A stretch of DNA of 64,000 nt from Candidatus Uhrbacteria bacterium CG10_big_fil_rev_8_21_14_0_10_50_16 (GCA_002774875.1 PCYM01000001.1:1096-65095), one strand, 5' to 3'. Positions 10,059 to 19,573 are shown, counted from the stretch's first letter. The notes: generated from the letters alone by a model not told the origin. Numbers and translations: made by a program.

Positions 10059-10943
10059 ATGAAAACACTTCTACAACATTCTTACGCAAAATACACCATG
10101 ATCGCATTTGGCGCGCTTGTGAGTGTGGGGTTAGGGTTTATGATGGTATCGGCATCGAGCTTGTCTATTGAGTACAACCAAGAGACAGCAGAGCACATGG
10201 GATCCGTCGACGCGGCGGTGGTCGACACAAACCAGATCATTGCACAACGGATCCGGGTGTCTGGTTGGGCATTTGATAAAAATAATAAGCAGAACGTAAC
10301 GACCGTGCGTGCGACGAACGATTTGGCTGGATTGGACGTCATTGAGGAGTTTGTTCCAGATATTGGACGACTCGACGTGTTACAAACGTTCCCAAACGCA
10401 AGTGAGAAGCCTGGGTTCCACTGGTTTGTGCCTTCTCGTTATTACGACGGATTAGACCACACGGTGTACTTTTTTGCCGGTGATGCGCAGCAAAATGCTT
10501 GGGATTACATTGGGGCTATTGTATTGCCCGTTGTGGATTCGGGTGTTGTTGGCTCGCTTGATAGTATCGGAGCAAATAATATTGCTGGTTGGGCGATTGA
10601 TTTAGATGATCTCTGGCTGGATAGCTCAAATATCCCTGTTGCCGTATACGTGGATGGAGACTTTGTGGCGGCAGACGTTGCGGATCTTGTGCGTGTGGAT
10701 GTGGAGAATGCATACAAAGGTCGCATCGCAAACGTGGGGTCTCGTCATGGGTACAATGTTCCAATTTCTGCGGATCAATTACGATCGTACCGCGATGGGA
10801 ATGTGCACCGAGTAGAGGTGTTTGCTCTGGAGGTGTCGGAGGGCGTCATGACATCTATTGGTGTTAAATGGCCCACCATTACAGAAGCGGGAATGATGCT
10901 ATACGGAAATCCTCAAATATTTGATGAAGGCGGGCTCTACTAA
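10059..10943 (+). CDS. hypothetical secreted protein with two internal GWA(F/I)D repeats
   Basis: It has an N-terminal hydrophobic segment and a duplicated GWAFDKNN / GWAIDLDD module. I recognise no known family. Confidence 0.4.
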   Translation: MKTLLQHSYAKYTMIAFGALVSVGLGFMMVSASSLSIEYNQETAEHMGSVDAAVVDTNQIIAQRIRVSGWAFDKNNKQNVTTVRATNDLAGLDVIEEFVPDIGRLDVLQTFPNASEKPGFHWFVPSRYYDGLDHTVYFFAGDAQQNAWDYIGAIVLPVVDSGVVGSLDSIGANNIAGWAIDLDDLWLDSSNIPVAVYVDGDFVAADVADLVRVDVENAYKGRIANVGSRHGYNVPISADQLRSYRDGNVHRVEVFALEVSEGVMTSIGVKWPTITEAGMMLYGNPQIFDEGGLY

Positions 10944-10947
10944 AGGA

Positions 10948-10977
10948 TTTAAAACACCCCTTACGGGGTGTTTTGTG
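10948..10977. terminator. rho-independent terminator hairpin between convergent genes
   Basis: The sequence is AAAACACCCC-TTAC-GGGGTGTTTTGTG. It is symmetric, so it could terminate both the 10059..10943 gene and rplU. Confidence 0.5.
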
Positions 10978-11283
10978 TTACGCGATGGTATCGATCATCA
11001 CCTTGGTAAATGGCTGACGATGTCCTGTGCGGCGTCGGTAGTTGCTCTTTGGCTTGTATTTAACAATACTTACTTTCTCGGAACGACCTTGTTCCATAAT
11101 GGTACCCGTCACCTTCATTCCGGCAACGGTAGGCGTTCCCACTTTGGTTTCTCGGTCGTTAGAGACGAGCAATGGCTCAAACTCGATCTTTGACCCATCT
11201 TCCTGCTCGATCTTTTCGGTGAGGATCCATTTTCCTTCCTCAACCACCTGCTGCTTTCCTCCTGTTTTGATAATAGCGAACAT
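10978..11283 (-). CDS. rplU: 50S ribosomal protein L21
   Basis: MFAIIKTGGKQQVVEEG... matches L21. The start was chosen at the internal ATG because the track ORF extends upstream with non-L21 sequence. No rpmA lies adjacent. Confidence 0.8.
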   Translation of the reverse strand: MFAIIKTGGKQQVVEEGKWILTEKIEQEDGSKIEFEPLLVSNDRETKVGTPTVAGMKVTGTIMEQGRSEKVSIVKYKPKSNYRRRTGHRQPFTKVMIDTIA

Positions 11284-11393
11284 ACAATAGATAAACTTCT
11301 TTAGGGGCCTGTACCCAGCGTAACCGCGGGTTTGAGGCGAGTAATTACGGGCGCAATGTATCATTCGGGCTGTTTTTTGTCAACTCTTTGGGG

Positions 11394-11993
11394 TTAAATA
11401 TCCCATCGGCGGCGCAGGGCATCGCCAAGCGTCACCTCGTCGGCAAATTCAAGATCCGACCCAACTGGGAGTCCACGAGCCAGACGCGTCAGGCGCAGCG
11501 GCCGATCTTTGAGGACTTTTGAGAGATACATAATGGTTGATTCACCTTCAATATCTGGGTTAAACGCGAGCACGAGCTCTGCGACGGCGGGTTCATCGTT
11601 GAGGCGCTCAAGGAGTGAAGCAATCTCAAGCGTGTCGGGCGTAATTCCCTCAATGGGCGAAAGTGTCCCACCAAGTACGTGGTAGCGGCCGTTAAATCCT
11701 GCCGCGTCGATGGTGCCAATGTCACGCGGCTGTGCTACAACGCAGATAATTGTTTTGTCGCGTCGTGGATCCAGACACGTTTCACACATCTCGGACGTTG
11801 TGTAGGTTTTACAAATGGTACAGGATTGAATGGACGATTGGAGCTCTTGCAGCGCGCGAATCATTCCCTCGATGGTCCCCTTGGGCTGTTTGAGTAAATA
11901 AAACACAAACCGGAGTGCGGTTTTGGGCCCCACTCCGGGTAAATAGGTGAACGCGTTCACCACGGTTTGGATTGGTTTTGGGTACTCGCGCAT
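11394..11993 (-). CDS. recR: recombination protein RecR
   Basis: It has a helix-hairpin-helix N-terminus (LPGVGPKTA), a C4 zinc finger (CTICKTYTTSEMCETC), and a Toprim region. Confidence 0.9.
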   Translation of the reverse strand: MREYPKPIQTVVNAFTYLPGVGPKTALRFVFYLLKQPKGTIEGMIRALQELQSSIQSCTICKTYTTSEMCETCLDPRRDKTIICVVAQPRDIGTIDAAGFNGRYHVLGGTLSPIEGITPDTLEIASLLERLNDEPAVAELVLAFNPDIEGESTIMYLSKVLKDRPLRLTRLARGLPVGSDLEFADEVTLGDALRRRWDI

Positions 11994-12280
11994 TACAAAC
12001 CGAATTGGCTCAAATCTGGGAGTCCGCCTGTTTCTTGCATCACTTTTTGTACGAGTTTTTGGATGTCCTTTACGGCCTCTGCAAAGGCGACTTTGATGTT
12101 CTTCTCGATGTCTGATCGTTCCATATCTTCTGGGATGGAGACGTTGAGGATCTCTTGTTTGCCATTCATGGTGATTTCTAATCCGCGCGAGCTTCCTGTG
12201 GCAGATACGCCTTCGAGAGCTTTTTCTAGAACCTTGGCTTGGGAACGAACGTCTTTAAGGGCTTTAATTTTGTTGAACAT
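11993..12280 (-). CDS. ybaB: nucleoid-associated protein YbaB/EbfC
   Basis: The 95 aa protein has an N-terminus typical of YbaB (MFNKIKALKD...KALEGVSATGSSRGLEITMNGKQEI) and overlaps the recR start. Confidence 0.8.
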   Translation of the reverse strand: MFNKIKALKDVRSQAKVLEKALEGVSATGSSRGLEITMNGKQEILNVSIPEDMERSDIEKNIKVAFAEAVKDIQKLVQKVMQETGGLPDLSQFGL

Positions 12281-12450
12281 AGGGATTGGTTACAAATTGC
12301 GAATGAATGAGGGACGGTCTGAGTATACCGTATGGAGCGTGGTTTGTGGCAAACCTATGGATACGTGACGAAATTCTTTTCTCTGATTCTTTGCGTGTGT
12401 CCGCATTGCGTGTGCCATAAGACCTTCCGTCAATACTCCGCGTCGCTGCA

Positions 12451-12558
12451 GATGTGTGCCGATCGTGGCGATTCATTCTGAATCTTCGATCGGCTACACG
12501 GCTTCGCTCTACGGAAACCCTGCGTTTATGCCGGGGTCTTATTGTCGTACTCGTGATG
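12451..12558. repeat. structured repeat element, copy 1 (nested hairpins, no downstream cargo)
   Basis: By eye it is about 80% identical to 22002-22118. GCCGATCG (12459-12466) and CGATCGGC (12488-12495) flank a perfect inner hairpin GATTCA-TTC-TGAATC (12471-12485). A third segment GCCGGGG (12531-12537) can pair alternatively with the middle segment. Confidence 0.5.
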
Positions 12559-12599
12559 GACTCACGCAAAGAATCGCCGAGGAAAGAATAACCTTCATT

Positions 12600-14021
12600 T
12601 TACCCATGAGAACGGGGAAGGGGCGGCGACTCCACAGGTTTTGGTGCAGAAGCAATTGGAGGTTCCATTCTGCGTTCCAAGTTTTTGAAGTTGGCACGCG
12701 TGGCGTCAAAGAAGAGCTTTACGATACCGGTCGGCCCATTACGATGCTTGGAGATGTGGACCTCTGCGAGGTTCTTCTCCTCTGGCGACAGCTCGTCTGG
12801 CTGATAGTTCTTATCGGCTGCTTTACGGTAGATAAACATCACCACGTCGGCATCTTGTTCAATGGACCCAGATTCACGCAGGTGGGAAAGCTTTGGAATC
12901 GCCGGTTTACTCATTTCCACGGTACGCGAGAGCTGTGAGAGGGCGATAATTGGAATCTCTAGCTCGCGGGCGATTTGCTTAAGACCACGAGAGATCTCGG
13001 CCACCTCCTGCACACGGTTTTCCTTAGCACCGCGCGATTCCATGAGCTGCAAGTAGTCAATGATCACCATCCCAAGTCCGTGTTCTGACTTAAGACGGCG
13101 GCACTTAGCACGGATTTCCATGATGTTGGCCGATGCGGAGTCGTCAATATAGAGCGGCGCCTCGGACAAAACACCAAGCGCTTGCCCAATACGTGGAAAG
13201 TCGTCGTCGCGATCAGAGAGTTTGCCTGTGCGCAGTTTCCACAGGTCAATGTCTGCCTCCGCACAAATGAGTCGATCCACCAGCTGCTCCTTGCTCATTT
13301 CCAGACTAAACAGCCCCACGGGAATTTTGAGTTTTACAGATGCGTGACGTGCGAGCGAGAGGGCAAAGGCGGTCTTTCCCACAGACGGACGTGCGGCAAG
13401 AATAATAAGGTCCGCTTTTTGAAATCCGGCGAGTAGATTGTCTAACGCTACGTATCCAGACGGCACACCGCGCAATTTTCCACGTTCCTTGTGAAGGGTG
13501 TCAATGCGCTCAAACGCGTCAGCCAAAATGGAACGGATATGTGTAAACGATTGTTTGAGGTGTGTGGATGCCACGCCAAACATGGTGGACTCTGCTTGAT
13601 CCAGCACGCTGGCAATATCGTCCGTGGATTCATCAAATCCAAGTTGTGAGATTTTAGACGCCGCCGAGATAAGCCGTCGGAGCGTGGCTTTTTTTTGAAT
13701 GATGTCGCCGTAGTGCACCACGTTACTCGCCGTTGGAACGATGTTAGTGAGTTCGGCCAAGTAAGACCTGCCACCCAGGTTAGCGAGGCTTCCCATCTCA
13801 TCCAGTCGGTTACCAAGCGAGAGAAGATCAATCGGCTCATGCTTTGCGTAGAGGTCAATCATTCCACCGTAGATTTTGCGGTGCTTTTCAAAATAGAATT
13901 GCTCGGGATCCACGTGATCAGCAACCTTAATAATCGCCTCTGGATCAATCAAAAGCGCGCCCAAAAACGATTGTTCGGCTTCTTCGTTATGCGGAGGAAC
14001 TTTGTTGATCTCGCTGGCCAT
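12600..14021 (-). CDS. dnaB: replicative DNA helicase DnaB
   Basis: The N-terminal domain (EAEQSFLGALLIDPEAI), Walker A (ARPSVGKTAFAL) and other RecA-fold motifs are present. Confidence 0.9.
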   Translation of the reverse strand: MASEINKVPPHNEEAEQSFLGALLIDPEAIIKVADHVDPEQFYFEKHRKIYGGMIDLYAKHEPIDLLSLGNRLDEMGSLANLGGRSYLAELTNIVPTASNVVHYGDIIQKKATLRRLISAASKISQLGFDESTDDIASVLDQAESTMFGVASTHLKQSFTHIRSILADAFERIDTLHKERGKLRGVPSGYVALDNLLAGFQKADLIILAARPSVGKTAFALSLARHASVKLKIPVGLFSLEMSKEQLVDRLICAEADIDLWKLRTGKLSDRDDDFPRIGQALGVLSEAPLYIDDSASANIMEIRAKCRRLKSEHGLGMVIIDYLQLMESRGAKENRVQEVAEISRGLKQIARELEIPIIALSQLSRTVEMSKPAIPKLSHLRESGSIEQDADVVMFIYRKAADKNYQPDELSPEEKNLAEVHISKHRNGPTGIVKLFFDATRANFKNLERRMEPPIASAPKPVESPPLPRSHG

Positions 14022-14145
14022 GTAGCAAGATCTTACCGCATAGGCACCTTCGCGGCAATGCGCGGACTCAACAGCTTGTGCGCAGATTGTCCACAGAGGC
14101 GAGATAAGAAGAAAAGCAGGGGTAATTCTGTTATACTGAGGGCCT

Positions 14146-14367
14146 ATGCAACAATGGCTACAAGATATTGCGTTTCAAAAACTCACAACGCAGCAATTAC
14201 GCTGGGTGTTTAAAGGATTGCTGGTGGTGACGATCATTGATTGGCTGATGCCCGACGCGCTTCCGTTTGTGGATGAGCTTGGACTTGCGTGGCTCACCTA
14301 TGAGGCGTGGGTTGCACTCAAGGCGCGAAAAAATGCATCGCGTGACGTAAAGGGTGAAGAAATTTAG
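14146..14367 (+). CDS. hypothetical small protein
   Basis: A 73 aa ORF with one hydrophobic helix, lying upstream of the transporter gene. Confidence 0.3.
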   Translation: MQQWLQDIAFQKLTTQQLRWVFKGLLVVTIIDWLMPDALPFVDELGLAWLTYEAWVALKARKNASRDVKGEEI

Positions 14368-14412
14368 TTGTCGCGTGTGCTATACTGCACACATTCAGGA
14401 GTGAAAATAAAC

Positions 14413-15570
14413 ATGTTCCATTTATCCGCGGTGAGAAAGGCGCAATTAAGCGCCGGAGAGTCTCTTGTTGGCGCCATGATCGGTGTTGGTGTTTTTGGTC
14501 TGCCGTTTGCGTTTGTAAAGGCGGGTTTTTTTGTTGGCATGACGTATCTCGTCGTGCTTGGATTTGTGACCATGACGTTACAGATGATGATGGCGGAAGT
14601 CTCGTTGCAAACACCAGGACATCACCAACTTGCCGGCTACGTTAAACGATATTTTGGGAAAAAATGGGGCATGTTGTCCGCGTTTGTTATGATTGCCATG
14701 GCATGGGGAGCAATTGTCGCCTACGTGCTCGTGGGGGCAGAATTCTTACATGCACTTTTATCTCCAATAATTGGAGGGGATGTTGTGCTCTATCAAGCAG
14801 GTTTTTTAATCGCTGGTTTTTTGATTGCATTGAGGGGATTAAAACTCGTTGCACGTACAGAAATCTATCTTGTGGGTGCACTCCTTGTGGCTCTTGTGGT
14901 GATTATTGTGCGTGGCCTGTTTAGCGTGGAGGTCGCAAACCTTATGACGTTGGATGGGTTTGATATCTTTTTGCCGTATGGGGTTGTGTTGTTCTCCCTA
15001 GGTGGTATTACGATTATTCCAGAAATAAAGGGCATGCTCGGTCGTTATAAGACGTCCATGCGTGTGGTGGTTCCATGGAGTGTGATCTTGGTTGTTGTTC
15101 TCTATGGATTATTTGTGACGGCTGTAGTGGGTGTGACGGGTGAGGCGACGACGGAGGCGTCGGTTGTTGGACTTGGGGAAGCGTTGGGTCCTTGGATTCT
15201 CATCTTGGGATCGGTGTTTGGATTTTTGGCGGTGACTACAAGCTTTCTTATTCAGGCAATATCCGTCCAAGATTTACTCGAATACGACTACAAATTTACG
15301 CGGTTGTTTGCGTGGTTTGCAACCTTGAGTGTCCCGGCAATCGTTATGTTGGCCGGCGCACGCGATTTTATTGAGGTGATGAGTTTTACCGGAGGTGTTT
15401 TTGGGGGGTTGATTGGGATTATTACCGTTGCACTCTATATTCGTGTTCGTAATCGGTATTGTACAGAACCCAATAAATGTTTCGCGATTCCAACATGGTT
15501 TTGCTGGTTAATTCTTCTACTGTTTTTACTTGGTGCGATGATAGAATTAGTATTCTCCTTTACTCGGTAA
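14413..15570 (+). CDS. amino acid transporter (HAAAP/aromatic amino acid permease-like), about 11 TM
   Basis: A TATACT -10 lies at 14378-14383 and AGGAGTG lies upstream of the ATG at 14413. The N-terminal motif SAGESLVGAMIGVGVFGLPFAF is typical of this permease family. Confidence 0.5.
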   Translation: MFHLSAVRKAQLSAGESLVGAMIGVGVFGLPFAFVKAGFFVGMTYLVVLGFVTMTLQMMMAEVSLQTPGHHQLAGYVKRYFGKKWGMLSAFVMIAMAWGAIVAYVLVGAEFLHALLSPIIGGDVVLYQAGFLIAGFLIALRGLKLVARTEIYLVGALLVALVVIIVRGLFSVEVANLMTLDGFDIFLPYGVVLFSLGGITIIPEIKGMLGRYKTSMRVVVPWSVILVVVLYGLFVTAVVGVTGEATTEASVVGLGEALGPWILILGSVFGFLAVTTSFLIQAISVQDLLEYDYKFTRLFAWFATLSVPAIVMLAGARDFIEVMSFTGGVFGGLIGIITVALYIRVRNRYCTEPNKCFAIPTWFCWLILLLFLLGAMIELVFSFTR

Positions 15571-15571
15571 T

Positions 15572-15997
15572 ATGAAACCGCTACGATTCATCCTCTTCTT
15601 TGTTACACATTATCTGCTCGGACTTGCGATGGTCTATTTCTTTATATTTTCGGCGCACTATCTGCAACAGGGGAATGTGGTGTTTGGAGGATTGATCTTC
15701 TCGATTATCTTTACACTTCTATTTAGCTGGCTGTATTTTAGAGGCGTACCTGCGCTTACCTGGCGTCAGCGGTATGAGGTGATCATTGTGTGGTTTGGTC
15801 TCGTCTTTTTGTTAGATATTGCTACGTTAGTATTTATTCAAGGAGGATCCATTTCACAACTTTCGTATTTCTCTCTTTGGTCGTATTTGTTAGAAATTAT
15901 GACGCTATTTGTTGCGGCGTACCTGACGTCTGGAGGCGATCACCCGCGATTGTCGAGCCCAAACCTGGCCATGAGTCAAAACAAAGACGCCTCCTAA
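15572..15997 (+). CDS. hypothetical membrane protein
   Basis: A 141 aa protein with four hydrophobic helices, starting 2 nt after the transporter stop. Confidence 0.4.
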   Translation: MKPLRFILFFVTHYLLGLAMVYFFIFSAHYLQQGNVVFGGLIFSIIFTLLFSWLYFRGVPALTWRQRYEVIIVWFGLVFLLDIATLVFIQGGSISQLSYFSLWSYLLEIMTLFVAAYLTSGGDHPRLSSPNLAMSQNKDAS

Positions 15998-16809
15998 GAG
16001 ACGTCTTTTTGTAATGCGTAACAGGCGAGGACATTTTTGAGTAGGAGCGCAACAGTGACGGGTCCTACACCTCCCGGAACCCGCGTGCGCCAGGAAGCTA
16101 CGGCGTCGCAGGTGGGGTCGACGTCTCCTAGAATCTCATCCCCTTGTTTTGTGATGCCGATATCAATGAGGATCGCGTCTTCCTTAATATTGTCGGGGGT
16201 GAGCCAGTGCGGCCGGCCGATCGCAATAATCACAATATCGCTTGCTTTGAGTTCGGCGGACACCTCTGCGTCGTCGGGCTCTGCTGCTGCTGTCTCTACG
16301 CCGTGTTGCGAGAGGATTTGAGCGATGGGTGGTGCAAATACGTCTGGTGTATTTGCAAGGATGAGCGCGCGCTTCTCTTGCAGTGGTTCGAGCGTGGAGA
16401 GCAAGAGTGTCTCGACGACTTGCGCCATGACAGGCGTGAGCGGGCTGTGTTCTTGGAATCCGTCCGCGTCCTTGGTTGGATCGATTGCCGCAATTACGCG
16501 ATTAGTGTCAATGTGCTTGGGTAAGGGAAGTTGCACGAGGATGCCGTGGACGTGCGTGTCTGCGTTGAGTGAATCAATAAGCGTCAGGAGTTGATCTGTG
16601 GTCGTGTCTTCTGCGAGCTCATGTGTATCAAAACGCATGCCAATTTTGTCGGCGGCGTGGGCTTTGAGTTTAACGTAGGTTTGGGAGGCAGGATCGCTTC
16701 CAACGAGAATTGCGGCAAGCCCTACGTCGATTCCCTCTGAGAGAATCTTATGGCCGAGTTCATTGCGAATCTTTTTTGCTATCTTGCGACCATTGATTAT
16801 CTGTCCCAT
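15994..16809 (-). CDS. folD: bifunctional methylenetetrahydrofolate dehydrogenase/cyclohydrolase
   Basis: MGQIINGRKIAKKIR...VGSDPASQTYVKLKAHAADKIGM matches the FolD N-terminal domain. Confidence 0.85.
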   Translation of the reverse strand: MGQIINGRKIAKKIRNELGHKILSEGIDVGLAAILVGSDPASQTYVKLKAHAADKIGMRFDTHELAEDTTTDQLLTLIDSLNADTHVHGILVQLPLPKHIDTNRVIAAIDPTKDADGFQEHSPLTPVMAQVVETLLLSTLEPLQEKRALILANTPDVFAPPIAQILSQHGVETAAAEPDDAEVSAELKASDIVIIAIGRPHWLTPDNIKEDAILIDIGITKQGDEILGDVDPTCDAVASWRTRVPGGVGPVTVALLLKNVLACYALQKDVS

Positions 16810-18014
16810 AGGGGAAACGGTGTAGTGAATTGTTTAACCTCCTCGCGAATTTCGGCGAGCGTATCTGCATCATGTCGGGCGAGGATAGCGCGATCAATAA
16901 AATCGGCGACACGTTTCATCTCTTCTTCCTTCATCCCGCGTGTGGTAAGTGCTGGCGTTCCGAGGCGAATGCCGGACGGGTCCATGGGAGATCGCGGATC
17001 GTCTGGAATCACGTTTTTGTTGACGGTGATTCCGGCGGCGTCTAGGGCAAGTTGCGCGTCCTTCCCTGCAAGGCCTTTATTGGTGAGGTCAATGAGGAGG
17101 AGATGATTCTCCGTTTTGCCAAAACAGATCGTGTAGTCACGCTGTTTGAGTTCCACCTCGAGTGTCTTTGCGTTGAGAAGAATTTGCTGTGCGTAGTCCC
17201 TAAAACTTGGGTCCAATGCTTCTTCTAGGGCAACGGCGAGGCCTGCAATATTGTTCATATGCGGACCGCCCTGCAATCCTGGGAAGACAGATTTATCAAT
17301 TGCCTTTGCGTGTTTTTCCTTACAAAGGATCATGGCACCGCGCGGGCCACGGAGCGTTTTGTGTGTGGTGGTCATAACCACGTCAAATAGGGGTACCGGA
17401 TTGTTCATGAGTCCCGTTGCTACCATTGCGGCAAAGTGAGAGATGTCGGCCATGGTAAGTGCACCAACCTCGTCCGCAATTGCTTGAATCGCGGCGTAGT
17501 CAATGTCGCGTGAATAGGAGCTGTACCCCACGAGGATGAGTTTTGGTTTATGTTCGTGCGCAAGTTCTTTGAGCTGCGCGTAGTCGATCTCGCCCGTTGG
17601 GGTTGTATTATAACGTACGAAGTTCCAGATTTTTGCAGAAAACGTGACCGGGTGACCGTGGGTGAGGTGTCCACCGTGGCTCAAGTCCATCCCAAGTACG
17701 GTGTCGCCGGGTTCCAAGAGGGCGGAATAAATGGCGAGGTTGGCAGGTGCACCTGAGAGGGGCTGAACGTTGACGTGCTCGGCGCCAAAGAGTTCCTTGG
17801 CACGGTCAATGGCAAGTTGTTCAATTTGGTCCACCACGCTGCAACCGCCGTAATAACGCCTACCGGGGTAGCCTTCCGCGTACTTGTTGGTGGCCACGGA
17901 GCCTAGTGCCGCAAGCACGTCGTTGGAGACAAAGTTCTCCGAGGGAATGAGCTCTAATCCGCCGCGTTGGCGGGCTTCTTCTTGCTCAAGGAGTTGTGAG
18001 ATGGATGTTTTCAT
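16797..18014 (-). CDS. glyA: serine hydroxymethyltransferase
   Basis: LELIPSENFVS...YAEGYPGRRYYGG and the PLP-lysine region TTTHKTLRGPRG match GlyA. Confidence 0.9.
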   Translation of the reverse strand: MKTSISQLLEQEEARQRGGLELIPSENFVSNDVLAALGSVATNKYAEGYPGRRYYGGCSVVDQIEQLAIDRAKELFGAEHVNVQPLSGAPANLAIYSALLEPGDTVLGMDLSHGGHLTHGHPVTFSAKIWNFVRYNTTPTGEIDYAQLKELAHEHKPKLILVGYSSYSRDIDYAAIQAIADEVGALTMADISHFAAMVATGLMNNPVPLFDVVMTTTHKTLRGPRGAMILCKEKHAKAIDKSVFPGLQGGPHMNNIAGLAVALEEALDPSFRDYAQQILLNAKTLEVELKQRDYTICFGKTENHLLLIDLTNKGLAGKDAQLALDAAGITVNKNVIPDDPRSPMDPSGIRLGTPALTTRGMKEEEMKRVADFIDRAILARHDADTLAEIREEVKQFTTPFPLWDR

Positions 18015-18145
18015 GCAGGGAGGATAGCTGTTTTTTTGGGAAGTTTCAAGAGGATAGGAGGGTTGGTGGGAGCATTAAATGCGATGCAAATTAGTTGATC
18101 TAAACAAGCATGTGTTTCTCCTGCGTATCCTGCAACGCTTATTTC

Positions 18146-18174
18146 TTGTAGAAGGCGCGGAAATAGGCTAGAAT
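18146..18174 (+). promoter_or_regulatory. candidate sigma70 promoter for murC (TTGTAG-17nt-TAGAAT), implying a leaderless or very short-leader mRNA
   Basis: The hexamers lie at 18146-18151 and 18169-18174, and the murC ATG at 18181 is 7 nt downstream of the -10. The region is also a divergent intergenic space shared with glyA. Confidence 0.35.
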
Positions 18175-18180
18175 AGAGAC

Positions 18181-19572
18181 ATGAAAACGTACAAACGGGT
18201 CCACTTTATTGGCATTGGAGGAATTGGTATGAGCGCGATGGCCAAACTCTTAAAGGTATGCGGTACCTATGTTTCGGGTTCAGATGTCCAGGATTCGGAG
18301 ACGATCAGGGAATTACGCCATATGAGCGTGCAAATTGGCATTGGCAGCAAGCCGGAACTTATTGGAAAGGATGTTGAACTCATTGTGTATTCAAGCGCGG
18401 TTCCCTTGGATGATGAGGAACGTATTCGTGGCAGACACCTCGATATACCAGAAATCACCTACAACGCGTTTTTGGGTGAGGTGAGTCAGGGGTCAAATCT
18501 CATTGCGGTTACAGGCACACACGGGAAATCCACAACCACCGCTATGCTTGGCCATATCCTCACGGTAGCAGGATTAGACCCAACGGTTGTTGTTGGGTCA
18601 AAAGTAACGTCGTTCCCCTATGGAAATTTGCGCGTTGGAATGAGCGATGTGTTTGTCGCCGAGGCGTGTGAGCATATGGCACACATGCTACATATGGATC
18701 CGCAGATGATTGTGCTCACCAACATAGAATTTGATCACCCGGATTTTTATGGATCGGTAGAAGACGTGCGTGCGGCTATGAAGCAGTTTGTAGAAAAGTT
18801 ACCGCAAGGTGGAACGCTTGTGTGGAACGCAGATGATGCGCAATCGCAATTATTGATCAAAGAGATTGCGTTGAGTCGATCCGATATTCAGTTAATTGCT
18901 TACGGACAGGACGCGGCAGCACATGCGGAGGTAGAACGTGAGGTGGGAATCCAACGGGTTCATCTCTTTAAGGAAGATGCGGAAGTGTTTGAGGCTGATC
19001 TACGTTATCCTGGCGACTATAACGTGCACAATGCCATGATGGCGGCGCTGGCGGCATCGGCGTTGCATGTGCGAGGGGATAAGATTAAGCAAGCCTTGGA
19101 ATCATTCCCAGGGCTTTGGCGCAGATTTGAACATCTTGGTCTATGGAAAGGAGCCGATGTGTATTCCGATTACGGACATCACCCAACGGCGGTCGCGAGC
19201 TTGTTGGAAGGCGTAAAATCATTTTTGCCGGGCAAGCGAATCGTTCTGTGTTTTCAGCCACATCAACACGCACGAACACGTGGATTGTTCAATGAGTTTG
19301 TGCAGAGTATGGAGGAAGCAGACGTCGTGGTGCTCCAAGAGATTTATGATGTCGCCGGCCGTAACGAGCAGGACCATGCAACATCGAGTGCGGAGTTGGT
19401 GGAGGCGATTCATGAGTCAGACACAACGCGTGGGGTTGACCGAGATGTTATTTATGCGCAAGATGCAGAGGCGGTAAAATTTCAATTAGAAAAGATTGTT
19501 CGTCCGGGAGATGTTTTACTTATGGTGGGTGCGGGAGACATTGATCGTCTCGCACGGACATTGATTAAGTAG
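18181..19572 (+). CDS. murC: UDP-N-acetylmuramate--L-alanine ligase
   Basis: HFIGIGGIGMSAMAKLL...VSGSD and TGTHGKSTTTAM match the Mur ligase central domain. Confidence 0.85.
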   Translation: MKTYKRVHFIGIGGIGMSAMAKLLKVCGTYVSGSDVQDSETIRELRHMSVQIGIGSKPELIGKDVELIVYSSAVPLDDEERIRGRHLDIPEITYNAFLGEVSQGSNLIAVTGTHGKSTTTAMLGHILTVAGLDPTVVVGSKVTSFPYGNLRVGMSDVFVAEACEHMAHMLHMDPQMIVLTNIEFDHPDFYGSVEDVRAAMKQFVEKLPQGGTLVWNADDAQSQLLIKEIALSRSDIQLIAYGQDAAAHAEVEREVGIQRVHLFKEDAEVFEADLRYPGDYNVHNAMMAALAASALHVRGDKIKQALESFPGLWRRFEHLGLWKGADVYSDYGHHPTAVASLLEGVKSFLPGKRIVLCFQPHQHARTRGLFNEFVQSMEEADVVVLQEIYDVAGRNEQDHATSSAELVEAIHESDTTRGVDRDVIYAQDAEAVKFQLEKIVRPGDVLLMVGAGDIDRLARTLIK

Positions 19573-19573
19573 T

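Noticed and set aside
12281-12599. SRP RNA (ffs) or tmRNA in the dnaB-ybaB intergenic region
   Set aside because: The position would fit the common ffs-(dnaX)-ybaB-recR synteny. I could not find the SRP domain IV consensus (AGGUCAGGUCCGGAAGGAAGCAGC) or a tmRNA tag-encoding segment on either strand. The weak resemblance of GGCGAUUCAUUCUGAAUCUUCGAUCGG to a tmRNA 5' end is not supported by a 3' tRNA-like domain.
12456-12938. 160 aa plus-strand ORF sharing an N-terminal peptide with ORF 21900..22409
   Set aside because: The shared peptide (PIVAIH.ESSIGYTASLY) is a by-product of the conserved nucleotide repeat. The rest of 12456..12938 is antisense to dnaB.
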